64,000 bases of DNA from Amoebidium appalachense. Its lineage: Eukaryota > Protista > Ichthyosporea. How positions within the stretch are numbered: the stretch's first letter is position 1; every line of letters starts with the position of its first letter. The notes beneath the pieces are model-generated. The model saw nothing but the letters and a program-made list of their open reading frames with translations, was not told the DNA's origin and made no database searches. The DNA lies in NCBI GenBank assembly GCA_963693365.1, contig CAVNZM010000006.1:1116001-1180000 (forward strand). Direction: 5' to 3'. Both the position numbers and the translations under genes were made by a program. This document shows, in pieces, positions 62,380 to 64,000 of this stretch.

Positions 62380-62572
62380 GCATAAGTGGTGTGTGTGAGC
62401 ATGTGTATGTGTATGCATGTGACTGTGTGTGTGTGTGTGCGTGTGCGTGTGTGCGCGCGCGCCCGTGTGTGTGTGCACATACCGCCTCCTTCTCCACCAT
62501 GGTAGCAGCCTTTTCGTGGCCCTTGCTAGCCAGGAACTTAACCACCGCCTCATAGACCTCCTGGTCTGCCAT
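56604..62572 (-). CDS. NOLC1: Nucleolar phosphoprotein Nopp140/NOLC1/Srp40 homolog (LisH-like N-terminus, acidic-Ser/basic repeats, SRP40_C), 7 exons, ~579 aa
   Basis: Exons 62572-62483, 61653-61598, 60926-59756, 59004-58973, 58506-58419, 57722-57582, 56765-56604; phases consistent, 1740 nt. N-terminus [18 protein letters not shown]...[10 protein letters not shown]; central [13 protein letters not shown] repeats; C-terminus [59 protein letters not shown]. Confidence 0.93.
56837..56932 (-). mobile_element. Family C retroposon 3' fragment with 14-bp TSD in the last NOLC1 intron
   Basis: TSD tgtgttggaggggg at 56823-56836 and 56933-56946; the element ends ...GACGCATTCAAAA in host-sense orientation. 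Confidence 0.88.
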
Positions 62573-63959
62573 CTGCACCAGCCACCATGTTAGCCCACCA
62601 GACCACCGTGTCACAGCCAGGGTGCTGTATTCTATCATAGTTGATTGGTCAACTAAGACCCCCCTCCCCACCTATCCCCCTCCTCCCCTTCTGTTCTCTT
62701 TCCGCAGTCTCTTCGTAAATCTTTCCCCGCCCCCGCCCCCCCTGCGCCCCCACCACACACACACCACACCATCCCACACGCATCCCCCCCCCCCCCCCCC
62801 CCCCCCCCAAAGAAGTCCGTGCCCTCGTCCTTTTACCAACAAGTAAGATTCCCCTGCTGCACTGACACCAGTCATACGCACGATAACCACCGAATCTGTC
62901 TCCGTGCTGCCCCAATTCAACACATCGAAACCGTTATGTGCGCCTCTGTGATGTGCTTCTCTCTGGTGTGTTTCAAATATTGTGAGCCTACAAAACCTAA
63001 TCCCGCAGGAGCATTGCAGAGCGAACAAGCACGTAGGTCAAGAAAGAGCGTGAACAAGAAGGCGGGGGGGGGAAGGGGGAGGCGGGGAGTGAGGTATATG
63101 TGGGGGAGGGTGGGGGGAGGAGGAGGTTAGAAGGAAAGGGGAAGAGAAATCCGCGATTTGTTCCCAAATTTCTCACGCAACTATCTCATATTTACACATT
63201 CCTTTCCTCTTCAACCAACTTAAGTAAGAAACTTTTTCTTGCAGTTACCTTTTGTGTTATATCCTAGTAGGTTCCTTGTTAAGTTAAGAAGTAGAGCGAG
63301 ACTCAAAAAGACAATGTCAGGTCCGCTTAAGATCTTGCCCGTTACACGTGCTCTGTGCCTGGCTTGGGCAGAGAAAGGGGCTTCGTAACATCTGCCCCTC
63401 CAGATTTAATGAGACAAACATTACCATGACAATCAGACCATATAGCTTTATAACAGTTTTTAAAACTTAAACAGCATTATACCATTTGATACATCACACC
63501 GGAAATATTTTATGCTTAAATCTTGATTGCCAGACTGACGAAGGTTTGGTGGTGAGGAGTGCCCACGTGCATATAATTTGAACACTTTTCATGAAAAGAC
63601 TTATCATTTGTTTTACCATGGCACCTTTGAAAACGACGTTGCTTATGGTCCTTGACATGCTGTATACGCTATACAAAAACCTACTAAAAAATTTACGAAA
63701 TAGGCTTTTTACTGAGAAGAATCCGCTGGTTATTTTCGCTGTGTACACATAAACCTTTGGTAGATGTCCATTCTTGTGTGAAAACGGAACTCTTCGAAAC
63801 ACTATCAGAAGCAGGGGTGTGTGTGGCCGGTTGTGTTCTGTAGTGAGCCGTAGACAGCACACACTGCTGGGAATTTTGGCAACGTGATATAAGGAATAGG
63901 AAACTGGTTTGGAAAACTCTCCAACTCGATTGGTTTTGTCATCAAGTTGTTTTTGTGGG

Positions 63960-63990
<31 letters not shown>

Positions 63991-64000
63991 TCGGTCACAA

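Noticed and set aside
63494-63862. 122-aa minus-strand ORF (also the ORFs at 35161-35532 and 36034-36459)
   Set aside because: No recognisable motifs, coding-like composition or splice context.

Overview
Intron-rich eukaryotic genomic DNA, probably a unicellular opisthokont (inferred from gene content, not proven). Introns and spacers are saturated with poly-C/poly-G, poly-A/T and (CA)n/(TG)n tracts, so almost all ORF-track entries are simple-repeat artefacts. Manual splicing gives five protein genes: a 14-exon PSD/EFA6-type Sec7+PH Arf-GEF (2788-12269, +), an intronless secreted double-PAN/Apple protein (16594-17820, +), a 3-exon betaine-lipid synthase with BtaA-BtaB domain order (36937-40518, +), a 14-exon OGFOD1/Tpa1 prolyl hydroxylase (43515-54797, +) and a 7-exon Nopp140/SRP40 (62572-56604, -). 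A possible gene tail lies at 1-310. A retroelement island at about 20-31 kb holds a near-full APE-RT LINE (family A), a 5'-truncated sibling with a 9-bp TSD, an RNase H-bearing LINE fragment with an 11-bp TSD (family B) and a 183-bp satellite. Two observations stand out. (i) Family A ends in oligo(C) rather than poly(A), and a third retroposon family (C) with a highly structured 3' region sits in intronic C-runs of three genes, always sense to the host; together these suggest a C-tail/G-primer retrotransposition system coupled to the genome's C/G tracts. (ii) Many introns have poly-C just after the donor and (CA)n running directly into the acceptor AG, and some have mirror-complementary ends.
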